A stretch of DNA of 64,000 nucleotides from Eledone cirrhosa (Eukaryota), in the NCBI GenBank assembly GCA_964016885.1, contig OZ024759.1, forward strand, positions 14,570,001 through 14,634,000, given 5' to 3'. Position numbers and translations under genes: made by a program. Positions 41,663-57,634 of the stretch are shown in pieces. Below the pieces are notes generated by a model. The model was not told where the DNA came from and did not search any database. It saw only the letters and a list, made by a program, of their open reading frames with translations. Positions within the stretch are counted from its first letter, which is position 1. Each line of letters opens with the position of its first letter.

Positions 41663-42077
41663 ACCACTGTTGTTGTTTTGTTGTTTTGTTGCTAACCAGC
41701 AAAGAGAAAGAGCATGTTTACTTTTTCCATCTCAACTTTTATTTTGTATCCCGACATTTTGATTTTCTACAAGGAGCCGCTAAACAAGTGTTGCTGTATT
41801 TTGTAAATGTTAAATCGAATTAAGGAAAACATAAATTAAACGCCGCTGATGCTGGTCAAACATTAGTCAAAGAATGTCAATTTACTTAAGTGAGAAAGGT
41901 AGGTGTGGAAGCAATAAGAGGCCTTTTGTGATTCTAAGTATATATATGGATTAATCTTCTCTGGTTGTGTATTAAAGGTGTAAACAATAAAAATCAATAA
42001 GCCAGTCTAGATTTGAAATTATGGAAATGCTGTACGAAAACCTTGTCGTCTTTCTAAATCGAACTGTAAATCTCTTT

Positions 42078-42255
42078 TGGTGAGTCGTTAGAGCGTCGGA
42101 CAAATTCATAACGGTATTTGATACGGTGCTTTACATTCTTTGTTCTGAGTTCGAATCCAACCGCGGTCGACTTTACATTTTATCCATTCCAGGGGGTCAA
42201 TAATATAAAGTACCAGTAATGTACTGACGATCGATATAATTGAATTAAACCACAC
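42078..42255 (+). mobile_element. Diverged tRNA-SINE (related subfamily); similar copy at 56335-56490
   Basis: gagtcgttagagcgtcggacaaa...gagttcgaatcc...ggggtcaataatataaagtaccag. Confidence 0.8.
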
Positions 42256-42501
42256 CCTTTTGGTCAACCCATTATATAGAATGGACAACATTCATCCACT
42301 AACAGGTAGATATTTAATTATACTATCAAAGAAGCCGTTTGACGATTTAGAATGTCTTGGATATCGTCAATTCTATATAAAGGAATGGCCAACATTTTTT
42401 TTCTTATCGGATGAAACTGCAGTAATGGCGAGATTAAAGGTAGAGCGGGTTGAGTTTAGGTTGCTCTGCTAGGAGTCTCCTCTTAGCTAACCTTTTAAAA
42501 T

Positions 42502-42599
<98 letters not shown>

Positions 42600-42600
<1 letters not shown>

Positions 42601-42910
42601 CAATGATATTAATAAATGGAAACTATATTTATAAAACCATATTTATTCTATTATATATATTTCAAGGGTACCAAAACTTTGGTACGCTCTCATCAGATAA
42701 AATTCAAAGTTTGTTTTATAAATATTGACATATCCAGGAACAAGATCTTAACGGCTCAAGTTTTACCTGTATTTTATCTGATGAGAGCGTGCCAAAGTTT
42801 TAGTACCCTTGAAATATATATAATAGAATAAATATAGTTTCCATTTATTAATATCATTGATATTATACTCCAGAAAATCAGTCGAGTGCTTCGATTCAGT
42901 TATAAATATA
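42600..42910. mobile_element. Inverted pLTR pair with a hammerhead on each arm, related to the 37233 family
   Basis: Arms ~42600-42703 and ~42771-42860 with a ~67-nt spacer; shares ttccatttatt and gtcgagtgct with the 37233 element. Confidence 0.8.
42770..42830 (+). ncRNA. Type I hammerhead motif (mirror copy on the minus strand at ~42644-42702)
   Basis: Stem I TATTTTAT/ATAGAATA; CTGATGA 42778-84; stem II GAGCGTGCCAAA/TTTAGTACCCTT (GTACCAAA/TTTGGTAC in the mirror copy); GAAA 42811-14; TATATAT-A. Confidence 0.85.
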
Positions 42911-42951
42911 TATATATTTATTGAATTACCAACAAATTAAATATCCCTTTG

Positions 42952-42997
<46 letters not shown>

Positions 42998-42998
<1 letters not shown>

Positions 42999-43205
42999 GT
43001 CGAGTCGCTCTCGAGTGCTACTGGTAACATGTAACCCAGTACAACCAGTCCCATCGTCGGGTCGTCGGCGACTAAACCGGCAACCCCACAAATCTTGCTT
43101 AGTGAGGAGGGTAATATTTGGACACCCTGCGGGATGAAATACAAGTCCCGGCAAATGGCGGAGGAACTCTGCAGAGTCAACGGCCATCCAAATAGTATTT
43201 TTTTT
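42998..43205 (+). mobile_element. 5' half of the RTE-UTR-like non-autonomous element
   Basis: Homology to 1331-1480 and 47403-47560; stops at the internal T run. Confidence 0.7.
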
Positions 43206-43239
43206 TGAGAGCTTCATTGTATTTTACTTGGAAAACCTT

Positions 43240-43330
43240 TGCACCGAAGATATGTGTTGTCAGTTCCAAAACGTGTGGTAGGCCCTACACAAACCTTCAC
43301 CACTTAAAACAAATCTTTGTGTGGGTAGTT
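43240..43330 (+). mobile_element. Possible Tc1/mariner transposase C-terminal remnant
   Basis: Translates VSSKTCGRPYTNLHHLKQIFVW, similar to the KACxxPHxNLxxLKxxLxxEW region of Tc1-superfamily transposases; short. Confidence 0.35.
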
Positions 43331-43409
43331 CAACATCAGTTCACTTTCTCACATTTAACTTTTGTTGGACACTCATACGTCGATATCGACGGGAGAGTCC
43401 ATCATATAT

Positions 43410-43745
43410 ATGGATTGGCAGTATCGGTAGAGAGTCGGACGCCATGATTTCCAACATAGTTACGTCCCTTTACGATCTGAGTTCAAATCCCGCCGAGGTT
43501 GACTTTGCCTTTCATCCTTACGGGGTCGATAAAATAAAGTACCAGTCACGCACTGGGTAATTGCTGGCCTTGTACCTAAAGTTGAAACAATTATATATAT
43601 ATACATATAGTTACGTCCCTTTACGGTCTGAGTTCAAATCCCGTCGAGGTTAACTTTGCCTTTCATCCTTACCGGGTCGATAAAATAAAGTACCAGTAAT
43701 GAACTTGGTATTTGCTGGCCTTGTGCCAAAAGTAGAAACAATTAT
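43410..43745 (+). mobile_element. Two tandem tRNA-SINE copies
   Basis: gagttcaaatccc at ~43479 and 43630. Confidence 0.92.
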
Positions 43746-43761
43746 ATATATATACATATAT

Positions 43762-43817
<56 letters not shown>

Positions 43818-43821
<4 letters not shown>

Positions 43822-44002
43822 CATTTTATTAAGGCTGATTAGTGAGTCTTGTTACTCTGGAGATTCATCTGTTTATCACAGGGTCATCAGTTCTTCTCTG
43901 ATGACCCTGTAATAAACATGTGAAACTCCAGAGTAATAAGACTCACTATTTAGCTTTACTGAAATGAATATAAAAACTCTACTTCGGTATTGAGTACTCT
44001 TC
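43818..44002. mobile_element. Imperfect inverted pLTR pair with hammerhead at 43893-43940
   Basis: tcatcag ttcttct ctgatga dyad; CTGATGA-ccctgtaataaacatgt-GAAA-CTC CA GAGT-A; in (TA)n. Confidence 0.75.
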
Positions 44003-44045
<43 letters not shown>

Positions 44046-44129
44046 GGAGAGAGAGAGAGAGTGTGACGTGAAGTTACTGTATATATATATATATATATTG
44101 TTATATTTGCGTGTCCTTATGAACGTAAG

Positions 44130-44400
44130 GGACGTATCTCTATGCTGAAAAGCATGTTGTCCGACGCTCTACCGATGCTGTCAATCCTTGACCCTCCCTC
44201 AAATATATATAATTGTTTCTACATTTGGCACAAGGCCAGCAATAACCCAGTGCATTACTGGTACTTTATTTTATCGACCCCGTAAGGATGAAAGGTAAAG
44301 TTAACCTCGGCGGGATTTGAACTCAAAATGGAAAGGGCCGTAACTCTATGCGTCAAAGAATGGCGTCCGACCCTCTACCGATACTGCCAATCCACCTCAA
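44130..44400 (-). mobile_element. tRNA-SINE copy plus a head fragment
   Basis: gggatttgaactc at ~44312; cgaccctctaccgatactgccaatccac at ~44368. Confidence 0.9.
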
Positions 44401-44461
44401 ATATATATAATAATATGTTTATACAAACACAGTCACACACCCAAACGCACTCACAGAGCGA

Positions 44462-44478
44462 TGTATGCATATATATAT

Positions 44479-44519
<41 letters not shown>

Positions 44520-44539
44520 TGTATATATATAAATGTATG

Positions 44540-44591
<52 letters not shown>

Positions 44592-44609
44592 TATATATGT
44601 GTGTATATG

Positions 44610-44640
<31 letters not shown>

Positions 44641-44689
44641 GTGTGTATATGTATATATATATATGTATATATATATATGTGTGTATATG

Positions 44690-44766
<77 letters not shown>

Positions 44767-45009
44767 ATATGTATATATATATATGTATATATATATATGT
44801 GTATATGTATATATATATGTATATATATATATGTATATATATATATGTGTATATGTATATATGTATATATATATATGTGTATATGTATATATGTATATAT
44901 ATATATATGTGTATATGTATATGTATATATGTATATATATATATGTATATATATATATGTATATATATATATGTGTATATGTATATATATATATGTATAT
45001 ATATATATG

Positions 45010-45080
<71 letters not shown>

Positions 45081-45117
45081 GTATATATATATATATATAT
45101 ATGTATATAAATGTATA

Positions 45118-45206
<89 letters not shown>

Positions 45207-45253
45207 TATATATATATATATTATGTATATATATATATATGTATATATATATG

Positions 45254-45310
<57 letters not shown>

Positions 45311-45311
45311 G

Positions 45312-45380
<69 letters not shown>

Positions 45381-45381
45381 A

Positions 45382-45441
<60 letters not shown>

Positions 45442-45467
45442 GTATATATATATATATATATATATAC
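44462..45467. repeat. Long (TA)n/(TATG) tract
   Basis: Directly visible. Confidence 0.97.
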
Positions 45468-45848
45468 AAAAGTGTTTGTGTGTGTGTGTCTGTTAAGAAA
45501 ATACATACAAACATTCATATTAATATAGTTTTCACCTATGTTTCTTGTTAAATCCCCCACGAGACCAATATAATATAATTTGAGCTAAAGTTGGTAAATT
45601 AGGTAAAAAAAGAAAACAGCCATTTTGCTGTGTGATAATATTATGACACATATTATATATAGAAGGTGTTAACTCTTGCAAACAACCTACTTATTTGCAA
45701 TGGGGACATATTCTGTCACCTCTATATAGCACCTACCTATATTAATACTTCAATCTGTCTCTTTTGTCTGTTTGCCTGACTGACTGTCTCCTCTGTCTGT
45801 CTCTGTCTCTCTCTCTCTTTCTCTCCCCCCATCTTTCTCTATATATAT

Positions 45849-46004
<156 letters not shown>

Positions 46005-46099
46005 GTGTGTGTGTGTAAAAGTAAACAGAAAGAAGAAAATACACGACACAATACAATGCAGAAATGTATTACTTAAACGCTTGAAATAATATGAAAAGT

Positions 46100-46140
46100 G
46101 TCATAACGTTTCGAACACTAGTCCTTCATCAGAAGATAGA
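46100..46140 (-). ncRNA. Minimal hammerhead core
   Basis: Minus strand CTGATGA-A-GGAC tagt GTTC-GAAACGTTA with palindromic AACGTT; stem I pairing is poor. Confidence 0.6.
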
Positions 46141-46261
46141 AAGAGAACTAAAAGAACTACACAGATAGTGAGACTAGGGAGGCACGGAAAAAGTTGAAAA
46201 CTTCACACGCGTGCACATACACACAGACATACAACATACACACACACACATATAAATATAT

Positions 46262-46420
46262 AACAAAGAGGGTGTGGGAAGATACCAGGTGGACCATAAT
46301 ACACCAGAGTACTCGATACTTAGGGTTGTAGAACGGGTCATATGAAAAGATTCAGGGTCTCGACCGATCTAGCTGTCGAAACGGCCGGAGCACAGCCGTC
46401 GGTGTCCTGAATCTTTTCAC
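46262..46420. mobile_element. GCCGTC-GAAAC family element in inverted arrangement
   Basis: Minus arm 46262-46363; plus arm tagctgtcgaaacggccggagcacagccgtcgg...gaatcttttca. Confidence 0.65.
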
Positions 46421-46517
46421 ACACACACATATATATATATTTATTAAAATAACTGATTAAAGTTTAAGCAAGAATCGCTGCTTTCACCCTTAATGGGATC
46501 TTCTGAAACGCACATAA

Positions 46518-47850
<1,333 letters not shown>

Positions 47851-47857
<7 letters not shown>

Positions 47858-48095
47858 TAAACGGAATAGAAAATGCTGACAAATTGTTCACAGTTGAAAA
47901 ATGGTTTAATTAGGAATAAAAGAGTATTAGTGATTGTATGGGTTAGTATTCAGTTGTGGTTTTAAGTTTTTAAGTTAAAACTTAAAACCACAACTGAATA
48001 CTAACCCATACAATCACTAATACTCTTTTATTCCTAATTAAACATTTTTCAACTGTGAACAATTTGTCAGCATTTTCTATTCCGTTTACCAATAT
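47851..48095. repeat. Near-perfect fold-back palindrome, about 120-bp arms, in (TA)n
   Basis: atattggtaaacggaatagaaaatgctgac...gtcagcattttctattccgtttaccaatat. Confidence 0.93.
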
Positions 48096-48127
48096 ATAAT
48101 AACTTGTGTGTTACACCTCTATTCTTT

Positions 48128-48171
<44 letters not shown>

Positions 48172-48243
48172 TTGTCACCCGTTATTACTACTTGTTAAAG
48201 ATATATTTTTTCTCCGCTAGAATTATTCTTAGCAGAGTTTGCA

Positions 48244-48274
<31 letters not shown>

Positions 48275-48634
48275 AATATAAAGCGTGAACCTAATAAACT
48301 ACCATTTGTTTTTTGTTCCTGTCTAATATTTAACTATATATATATATATATATATAATATATATATATATAATATATATAAATATAATAAGTAGAGATTG
48401 ATTAACATATAAATAAACATGAATAATCACAGGAGATAATTTAAATGCTCGGACCTACTCGTTAGAATCTTAGAGCTTATTTTGCAGGTGATATGGCGCA
48501 TGTCTTTCTGGCATGACACCCATAATTTGATTTAGATTAAATTCATTTGATTTATCTTAATTTTGGATATAGATATATATATAAATATATATATTTATGT
48601 GCGTGTGTTTGAGTGAGTATGGAAATCCCAACTA

Positions 48635-48672
<38 letters not shown>

Positions 48673-48829
48673 TATATATATGTGTGTGTGTATATATATT
48701 TGTATAAACATATACTTTGTGTGTATGTATAGATATACCAAGTATATTGCTGGAAGCTCTACACCTGCATATAACTTTAACCCTGGCCACAATACAAATG
48801 ACTAAGACAATACAGTTACTAATGACACA

Positions 48830-49725
48830 TGCTGCTGCTGTTGTTGCTGCTGTTGCTGCTGCTGCTGTGCTGCTGCTGTTGCTGCTGCTGTTGCTGCTTT
48901 TATTAACGCTGCTACTGTTGCTGTTGAGGATGTTACAGTGTTGTTTCTGATGATGTTACAGTTGTTATTGTTGTTGTTGCTGCTGTTGCTATTGTTGTTG
49001 TTGTTACTATTGTTGCTGCTGTTGCTGTTGTTGTTGTTGTTGTTGTTACTGTTGTTGTTGCTGTTGTTGTTGCTGTTGCTATTGTTGTTGTTGTTGTTAC
49101 TGTTGTTGTTGCTGCTGTTGCTGCTGTTGCTATTGCTGTTGTTGTTGCTGTTGTTGTTACTGTTGTTGTTACTGTTGTTGTTGCTGCTGTTGTTGTTACT
49201 GTTGTTGTTACTGTTGTTGTTGTTACTGTTGTTGTTGTTGCTGTTGTTGTTGCTGTTGTTGTTGTTGTTGTTGTTGTTTTTGTTGTTGTTGTTGCTGCTG
49301 TTGCTGTTGTTGTTGTTGTTACTATTGCTGCTGTTGTTGTTGTTGTTGTTGTTACTAATGCTGCTGTTGTTGCTGCTGCTGTTGTTGTTGTTACTGTTGC
49401 TGCTGTTGTTGTTGTTGTTGTTGTTACTATTGCTGCTGTTGCTGTTGTTGTTGTTGTTGTTGTTACTAATGCTGCTGTTGTTGCTGCTGCTGCTATTGTT
49501 GTTGTAACTATTGCTGCTGTTGCTGTTGTTGTTGTTGTTGTTGTTGTTACTAATGCTGCTGTTGTTGCTGCTGCTGTTGTTGTTGTTGTTACTGTTGCTG
49601 CTGTTACTGTTGTTGTTGCAGTTGTTGCTGTTGTTGTTACTGTTGCTGCTGTTGTTGTTGTTGCTGCTGCTGTTGCTGTTGTTGCTGCTGTTGCTTCTGT
49701 TGCTGTTGTTGCTGTTGTTGTTGTC
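48830..49725. repeat. Compound (GTT/GCT)n trinucleotide tract
   Basis: Directly visible; explains the poly-T/A and poly-L ORFs. Confidence 0.95.
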
Positions 49726-49824
49726 TTCACACTAATTCCCCAGGTTACCATAGTGTGGGTCAGTTTTATTTGTTTTTATCGCAATGGCCTTTTTACATCT
49801 CATGGGTATCGAACACAATATCGA

Positions 49825-50295
49825 TTTCTAAATATAGGCGATAGGACAGTAAATTTGGGGCAAGGGAAAGGTTGATTAAATCAAACCTAGTATATAACTG
49901 GTACTGTATTTCATCAACCCCGAGGAGAAAGTCAATTAAATCGACCCCAGTGCATTACTGGTAATTTATTTTATCGACCCCGTTTGAATGAAAATCAATG
50001 CTAACCTCGGCGGGATTTGAACTCAGAATGTAAAGGGTCGTAACTCTATGCCACAAACGTATTTTATCCGACGCTCTACCAATACTGCCGAAGTTGTCCA
50101 CCACAATAATCAGTTCTACTTTTGGCACAAGGCCAGCAACAGACCCAGTACATTACTGGTACTTTATTTTATCGACCCCGTAACGATGAAAGGCAAAGTT
50201 AACTTCGGCGAGATTTGAACTCAGAACGTAAAGGGCCGTAACTCTATGGTGCAAAGCTTGGCGTCTGACCCTCTACCGATACTGTCAATCCACCA
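49825..50295 (-). mobile_element. Tandem tRNA-SINE copies (two plus a fragment)
   Basis: gatttgaactcag at ~50014 and 50212. Confidence 0.9.
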
Positions 50296-50433
50296 AAAAT
50301 TTTAAGTACACATCAACAACAACAACAACAACAACCGTATCAACATTATACCACATCGCTCCAGCTCAACGCTATATTACCTAGTATGCACAACTACACA
50401 GCACTTTAACACTGCAGAAATATACATGCATAT

Positions 50434-50466
<33 letters not shown>

Positions 50467-50571
50467 CACATATACATCCCACCCCCACTCTCAAGCGTGA
50501 AACTAATACTAATATCATTTGTACTACTTCTTCGTTTTTCTGTTTTTTGTTCTCTGTTTATTTATTAAACT

Positions 50572-50608
<37 letters not shown>

Positions 50609-50845
50609 ACACCACCGCCACCACCACCACCACCACCACCACTACTACCATCACCACCACCACCACCACTACCACCACCACCACCACCACCACCAATGCC
50701 ACCGCCACTGTCCAGCCTTATATTTGTCATATTGATCAAGTTGTAATAATTATGTCGCATCTCTCACACCCTGCATCCATAGAAGGTTTGTGTATACGCA
50801 GAAACACATATGCATACATATACCTATACATACATATAAATATAT

Positions 50846-50881
<36 letters not shown>

Positions 50882-50952
50882 TAAAGTATGGGGTTAACCC
50901 GACAGAGATGTGTGGACCACATTATGGTCTGTCGGTTGCGAAGCAACATATA

Positions 50953-51040
<88 letters not shown>

Positions 51041-51400
51041 GCATACATATATTTATATACGCACATACAAACATACATACGATCATACACACATACATAC
51101 GCACAAACACACGTACTTGCATATGCATACATATATACACGTACATGTGTACATGCATAAATACTCACATACATAGATACATACATATTACACACATACA
51201 TAGTTACACGTGTACGCACATACACACATACACCCACACACATATATTATGTGTATGTATGTGTGTGAATGTATGTGTGTGTGTATGTGTGTGTGTGTGT
51301 GTTATTTAAGACACGACTAGGTTTGACTCTTAACTCTTCTTAAAACAGCTTTCCTTTATAAATCCTTTGCAAGACGTTTGGAACAAATCCAAATTTTTAT

Positions 51401-51440
51401 TAATGTTTCATGACTTTCACAGACTCCTCATCAGGGCGTT
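51401..51440 (-). ncRNA. Degenerate hammerhead-like core
   Basis: Minus strand CTGATGA-ggagtctgtgaaagtcat-GAAACATTA; stems pair poorly. Confidence 0.35.
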
Positions 51441-51694
51441 GAGCTTATTTTTGTAAAATAGCTTCTTTTCTGTCTACGAGTGGACGTTGTGCGTGTGTGT
51501 ATGCACCCGTGTGAGTGTGTGAGCCTTTATGTGTATGTGTTTGTATATATATATATATGTCTGTGTATGTCTATTTATGTGTGTATGTCCATGAAGGCAA
51601 ATGTCTTTGTGGTCGAGTGTGTGTGTGTGTGTATGTGCTCTGTATCTGTGAGCGCCTGTGAATGTGTATTTTGTGCGCTTGTGTGTATGGTCTC

Positions 51695-51697
<3 letters not shown>

Positions 51698-51766
<69 letters not shown>

Positions 51767-52226
51767 TGTGTGTGTATGTGTCTGTGTGTGTGTCTGTGTG
51801 TGTGTATGCGTGTGTGTGTGTGTGTCTGTGTGTGTCTGTGTGTGTATGTGTCTGTGTGTGTGTGTGTCTGTGTGTGTGTATGCGTGTGTGTGTGTGTATG
51901 TGTGTGTGTGTGTATGTGTCTGTCTCCGCGTGTGTGTGTGTCATCAGTCAGTCATGTGTGACTAATGAAAGATCATCTCCCGAAATTGATTTTATTTCGT
52001 CAATTTTCATCATCATCACCATCATCATCATTTATTGTCTTTCTTGTCATGAACATCACCACCATCGTCATCATCATCGTCATCATCATCATCATCGTTA
52101 TTGTCTTTCATCATCGTCATCATCATCATCATCATCACCATCATCATCACTTATTGTCTTTCTCGTCATAAACATCACGATGATGATGATCATTATGATG
52201 ATGATCATGATCATCATTATTGTCTT

Positions 52227-52261
<35 letters not shown>

Positions 52262-52351
52262 AGCAGTCGTGCATGTCTTCGTCGACAACTACACTGACAG
52301 TGGTACACAGGCTTTGACACGAATACACACACAAGCAGACAGACACACACA

Positions 52352-52432
<81 letters not shown>

Positions 52433-54502
52433 GCATACATACACATATACATGTACACATATATGCATACACATTGATATGCCGATGCAATACACACACT
52501 TTTATTGACACAGATACACACATACATATATACATATATATATACGTACACATACATATATACATACATACATATATGCATATATATATGTACGTATATA
52601 TATATAGATACATACATATATACGTACATACATATATACATACATATATATATGCGTACATATATATATATACATATATACGTACATACATATATACATA
52701 TATACATACTTATATATGTTCATACATATATACGTACATACATATATACATACATATATACGTCATACCTATATACATACATATATACGTACATACATAT
52801 GTACGTACATACATATGCACGTACATACATATATACGTACATACATATACACGTACATACATATATACGTACATACATATACACGTACATACATATATGC
52901 ATACATACATGTTCATATATATATATAATATACACACTCTCAATGCCACACACACACATGTATACACACAAGTTGATACATGTACATACATAGACATAGC
53001 CACACTATATCGTACACACACACATGCATATATAGACATATATGCAGGAATACGTATACATACACACATGCATATATAAACATACATACAGGAATACGTA
53101 TACATACACATACACACGCATGCATATATAAACATACATACAGGAACACGTATACATACACACACATGCATATATAAACATACATACAGGAATACGTATA
53201 CATACACATACACACACATGCATATATAGACATACATACAGGAATACGTATACACACACACACATGCATATAAGTATACACATACGCATACATAAATATA
53301 TACACATACACATGCATATAAGTATACACATACATAAATATATACACATACACATGCAAATAAGTATACATATACGCATACATAAATATATACACATGCA
53401 TATAAGTATATACATACGCGTACTTAAATATATGCACATGCATAAACATATGCACACACAGGCACAAATATGCACACAAACACACACGTGCATATATGTA
53501 TATACATACATGCATAAACACATGTAAACACACACACATGCATAGATATCTACTCATGCATAAAAAAATGTACACACACACATACACATGCATAAAGACA
53601 TGTACACAAACACATACACATGCATAAATACATGTACACACACACATACACATGCATAAAGACATGTACACACACACACACATACACATACATAAAGACA
53701 TGTACACACACATACACATGCATAAAGACATGTACACACACACATACACATGCATAAAGACATGTACACACACACATACACATGCATAAAGACATGTACA
53801 CATACACATACACATACATAAAGACATGTACACACATACACATGCATAAAGACATGGACACAAACTCATACACATACATAAAGACATGTACACACATACA
53901 CATGCATAAAGACATGTACACACACACATACACATGCATAGAGACATGTACACATACACATGCATAAAGACATGTACACACACACATACACATGCATAAA
54001 GACATGTACACACACACATACACATTCACACAAGTGCTCACAAAAAAAAAAATAAAAGCTCTGTTGTTTCCAGGCAGATATACAAAAGGACTATGGTATA
54101 TAGAGAAACAAACAAACGAACACACACACACACACATACAGACACACACAGACACACAAAGACACACACAGACACACACACACAAAGACACACACAGACA
54201 CACACACACACGCGCACAGACACACACACACACATACACACACACACACACGTACACACACACACAGACACACACACACACATACACACATGCACACACA
54301 CAGGCACACACAGGCACACACAGACATACACAGACACACACACAGACACACACAGACACACACACACACACAGACACACACAGACACACACATACACACA
54401 CACACACACACAGACATACACACACACAGACATACACACATTTACAAACAAACATAAACACATCCACACGGGCCCTCCCACAAACAGACATATACATCCA
54501 TT

Positions 54503-54537
<35 letters not shown>

Positions 54538-54729
54538 CTTATATTTTCCTATAGAGATGTATATATATATATATATATATACATCTCTATAGGAAAATAT
54601 AAGTTAGTAACATATACACACAGGCATAAACACGTCCACACGGACACACCCACAAATACACACACACACATATATATATATATAGATAGATATTCATATA
54701 TATATATACATTTATATATATATATATAC

Positions 54730-54789
<60 letters not shown>

Positions 54790-54801
54790 TTACATATATA
54801 T

Positions 54802-54832
<31 letters not shown>

Positions 54833-54932
54833 CACACATACATACATATATATATATATACATCTCTAGAGAAAAATATAAGTTAGTCAGACACGCACAC
54901 AGACACGCACATAAGTTAGTCAGACACATATG

Positions 54933-54975
<43 letters not shown>
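51698..54975. repeat. Run of simple repeats and CA/TA-derived minisatellites: (TG)n, (CAT)n, (TA)n, catacatacaggaatacgta units, catgcataaagacatgtacac units
   Basis: Directly visible. Confidence 0.93.
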
Positions 54976-54986
<11 letters not shown>

Positions 54987-55311
54987 AATATATATACGTG
55001 ATCAGCTGTAGATGTAAGGTGGTAGGTGGGCAGTAAATTCAACGATGACCAGGAGTTTGTGGAAATATGTTATATTCTAACAACAGACGGTGTTGTAGTG
55101 GTCAGGATATATTTCTGTAAAGGAGGGGGATAGAGCCCCCAGCACTCATACATGCTCACAAAATAAACTATACATATGTATATATATATATGAATTTATA
55201 TACATATATATATCTGTATATATATTTATGTATATATACCTGCCAAATGGATGAGGTGAGCCTGTTTTATTTTATAACATTACACAATATCATAAATGTG
55301 TATGTATGGAA

Positions 55312-55370
55312 GTATGTATGTATGTATGTATGTATGTATGTATGTATGTATGTATGTATGTATGTATGTA

Positions 55371-55421
<51 letters not shown>

Positions 55422-55438
55422 ATGTATGTATGTATGTA

Positions 55439-55493
<55 letters not shown>

Positions 55494-55545
55494 ATGTATG
55501 TATGTATGTATGTATGTATGTATGTATGTATGTATGTATGTATGA
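55312..55545. repeat. Alternating (TATG)n/(TCTG)n tract
   Basis: Directly visible. Confidence 0.97.
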
Positions 55546-55707
55546 ATGTAAGTATGTATGTAAGTATGTGTATGCATGTATATATATGTATTAGGTTTGT
55601 ATGTATAAATGAATGCATGCATGTATGTTTGTATATATTAGAAATGTATATATAACATATATATGTATTTATTTATAAATACAGATATACACGCACATGT
55701 ACATATA

Positions 55708-55765
<58 letters not shown>

Positions 55766-55827
55766 CATGTATGTACGTACCTATGTTTGTATGTATGTAT
55801 GGTGTTTATGTATACTGTTCGTTTATA

Positions 55828-55937
<110 letters not shown>

Positions 55938-56077
55938 CCGTCTGACTCTCTGTCTCTGTATATTTATATATATGTATATATATGAATCTATCTACCAATC
56001 AAACAATCAATGAACAAGTCTCTCTTTCTGTCTATCTATCTCTCTATCTCTCTCTGTCTCTCTCTCTCTCTCTCAAT

Positions 56078-56120
<43 letters not shown>

Positions 56121-56770
56121 CCTATCTACCTAATAATTACCCATCTATCTAATATATCAGTAGGAGTTTACGTGAATCAATTGCTGAAAAACCCGCCAAA
56201 TAGCATTATAAAAACACAAACAGATGTACCGGCTTTGTTTATAGTATCATGAATGCAACCAGTTGTCAGACATACAAGCGAGAGCTGGTAGATAATAATT
56301 ATAATTTAGTATATTCATTTATTATACATTAAAGCGACGAATTGTCAGAGTCGTTAAAACGGATAGAATCCTCTGAGGTATTCATTTCGTCTTCTCTCTG
56401 AGTTCAAATATCAGCGAGGTCAGTTTTGACTTTCGTCATTTCGAGGTCGATAAAAATATGTACCAGTCTAGTACTGGGGTCGATTTTCCCTCTATATTAT
56501 TTCCCACTTTCACTTCCTATCATTTTCTGGTAGAAATCTACTGTGTTCTGTCGTGGAGAGGGATGGGTTACCCAAGGCTTAAAATACCCAAGAAATGCCC
56601 TCAGCCAACACGACACCCCATCAAGTTTAATTTTGTATGTGACTTATCTGTTATTTCTTCAAAGTTACATTTTAAACTTAGCTCCGTTTAAATGATTATT
56701 TATCTGGTTGATTTCTACGAACTAAGGAGAAAAAGAATTGAATAAAGTTTGTCTGACTGTTCTTCAAACT

Positions 56771-56863
<93 letters not shown>

Positions 56864-57058
56864 ACACCGGTGATTGTGGTGATTGTAGTCAGTGGACAGC
56901 AAACGTTTAAACACATGTCTTTGTATAAGACGTGTTTATATTTATAGGGATGTAAATATATCAACAACGACTACGACAAATGTTGATATGAAAAGGTTTA
57001 AGCTCCAAAAATACATTCAAACTTTACTGACTCCAATAGTACGGGCTGGATAGGTCGG

Positions 57059-57165
<107 letters not shown>

Positions 57166-57191
57166 TGTTATACTTGTGGAGGGTCATATTG

Positions 57192-57266
57192 TTGTAATAA
57201 TTGTTTCTACGTTAGGCACAAGGCCAGCAATTACCCAGTGTATTACTGGTACTTTATTGTAATAAT
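57192..57266 (-). mobile_element. 5'-truncated SINE 3' end with a 10-bp target-site duplication
   Basis: ttgtaataat at 57192-57201 and 57257-57266 flank a 55-bp SINE tail inserted into the 34551-family repeat. Confidence 0.8.
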
Positions 57267-57634
57267 ATTGCCAGAAATAATAACAGAACACACTCACTGT
57301 TTGGTTTTATATATATATATATATATATACACATATATACATATATATGTACACATATTTACATATATACATATGTACATATATATGTATACATGTACAT
57401 TTATACATACATGCATACACTTATATACATATACATATATACATATACATATATACATATACATATATACATATATACATATATACATATATACATATAT
57501 ACATATATACATATATACATATATACATATACATGCATACATATACATAAATATACTTATATACATATACATATATATACATATCTATCTATTAATCTAT
57601 CTATCTGTCTATCTATCTATCTATCTATCTATCT

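Noticed and set aside
41349-41762. 137-aa ORF with a 33-aa repeat
   Set aside because: Non-ATG start and no recognisable domain; explained by the 99-bp DNA repeat.
48933-49751. Mucin-like Thr/Ala-rich 272-aa ORF
   Set aside because: Read-through of a (CAA/CAG)n microsatellite with no unique coding flanks; cannot be fully excluded without RNA data.
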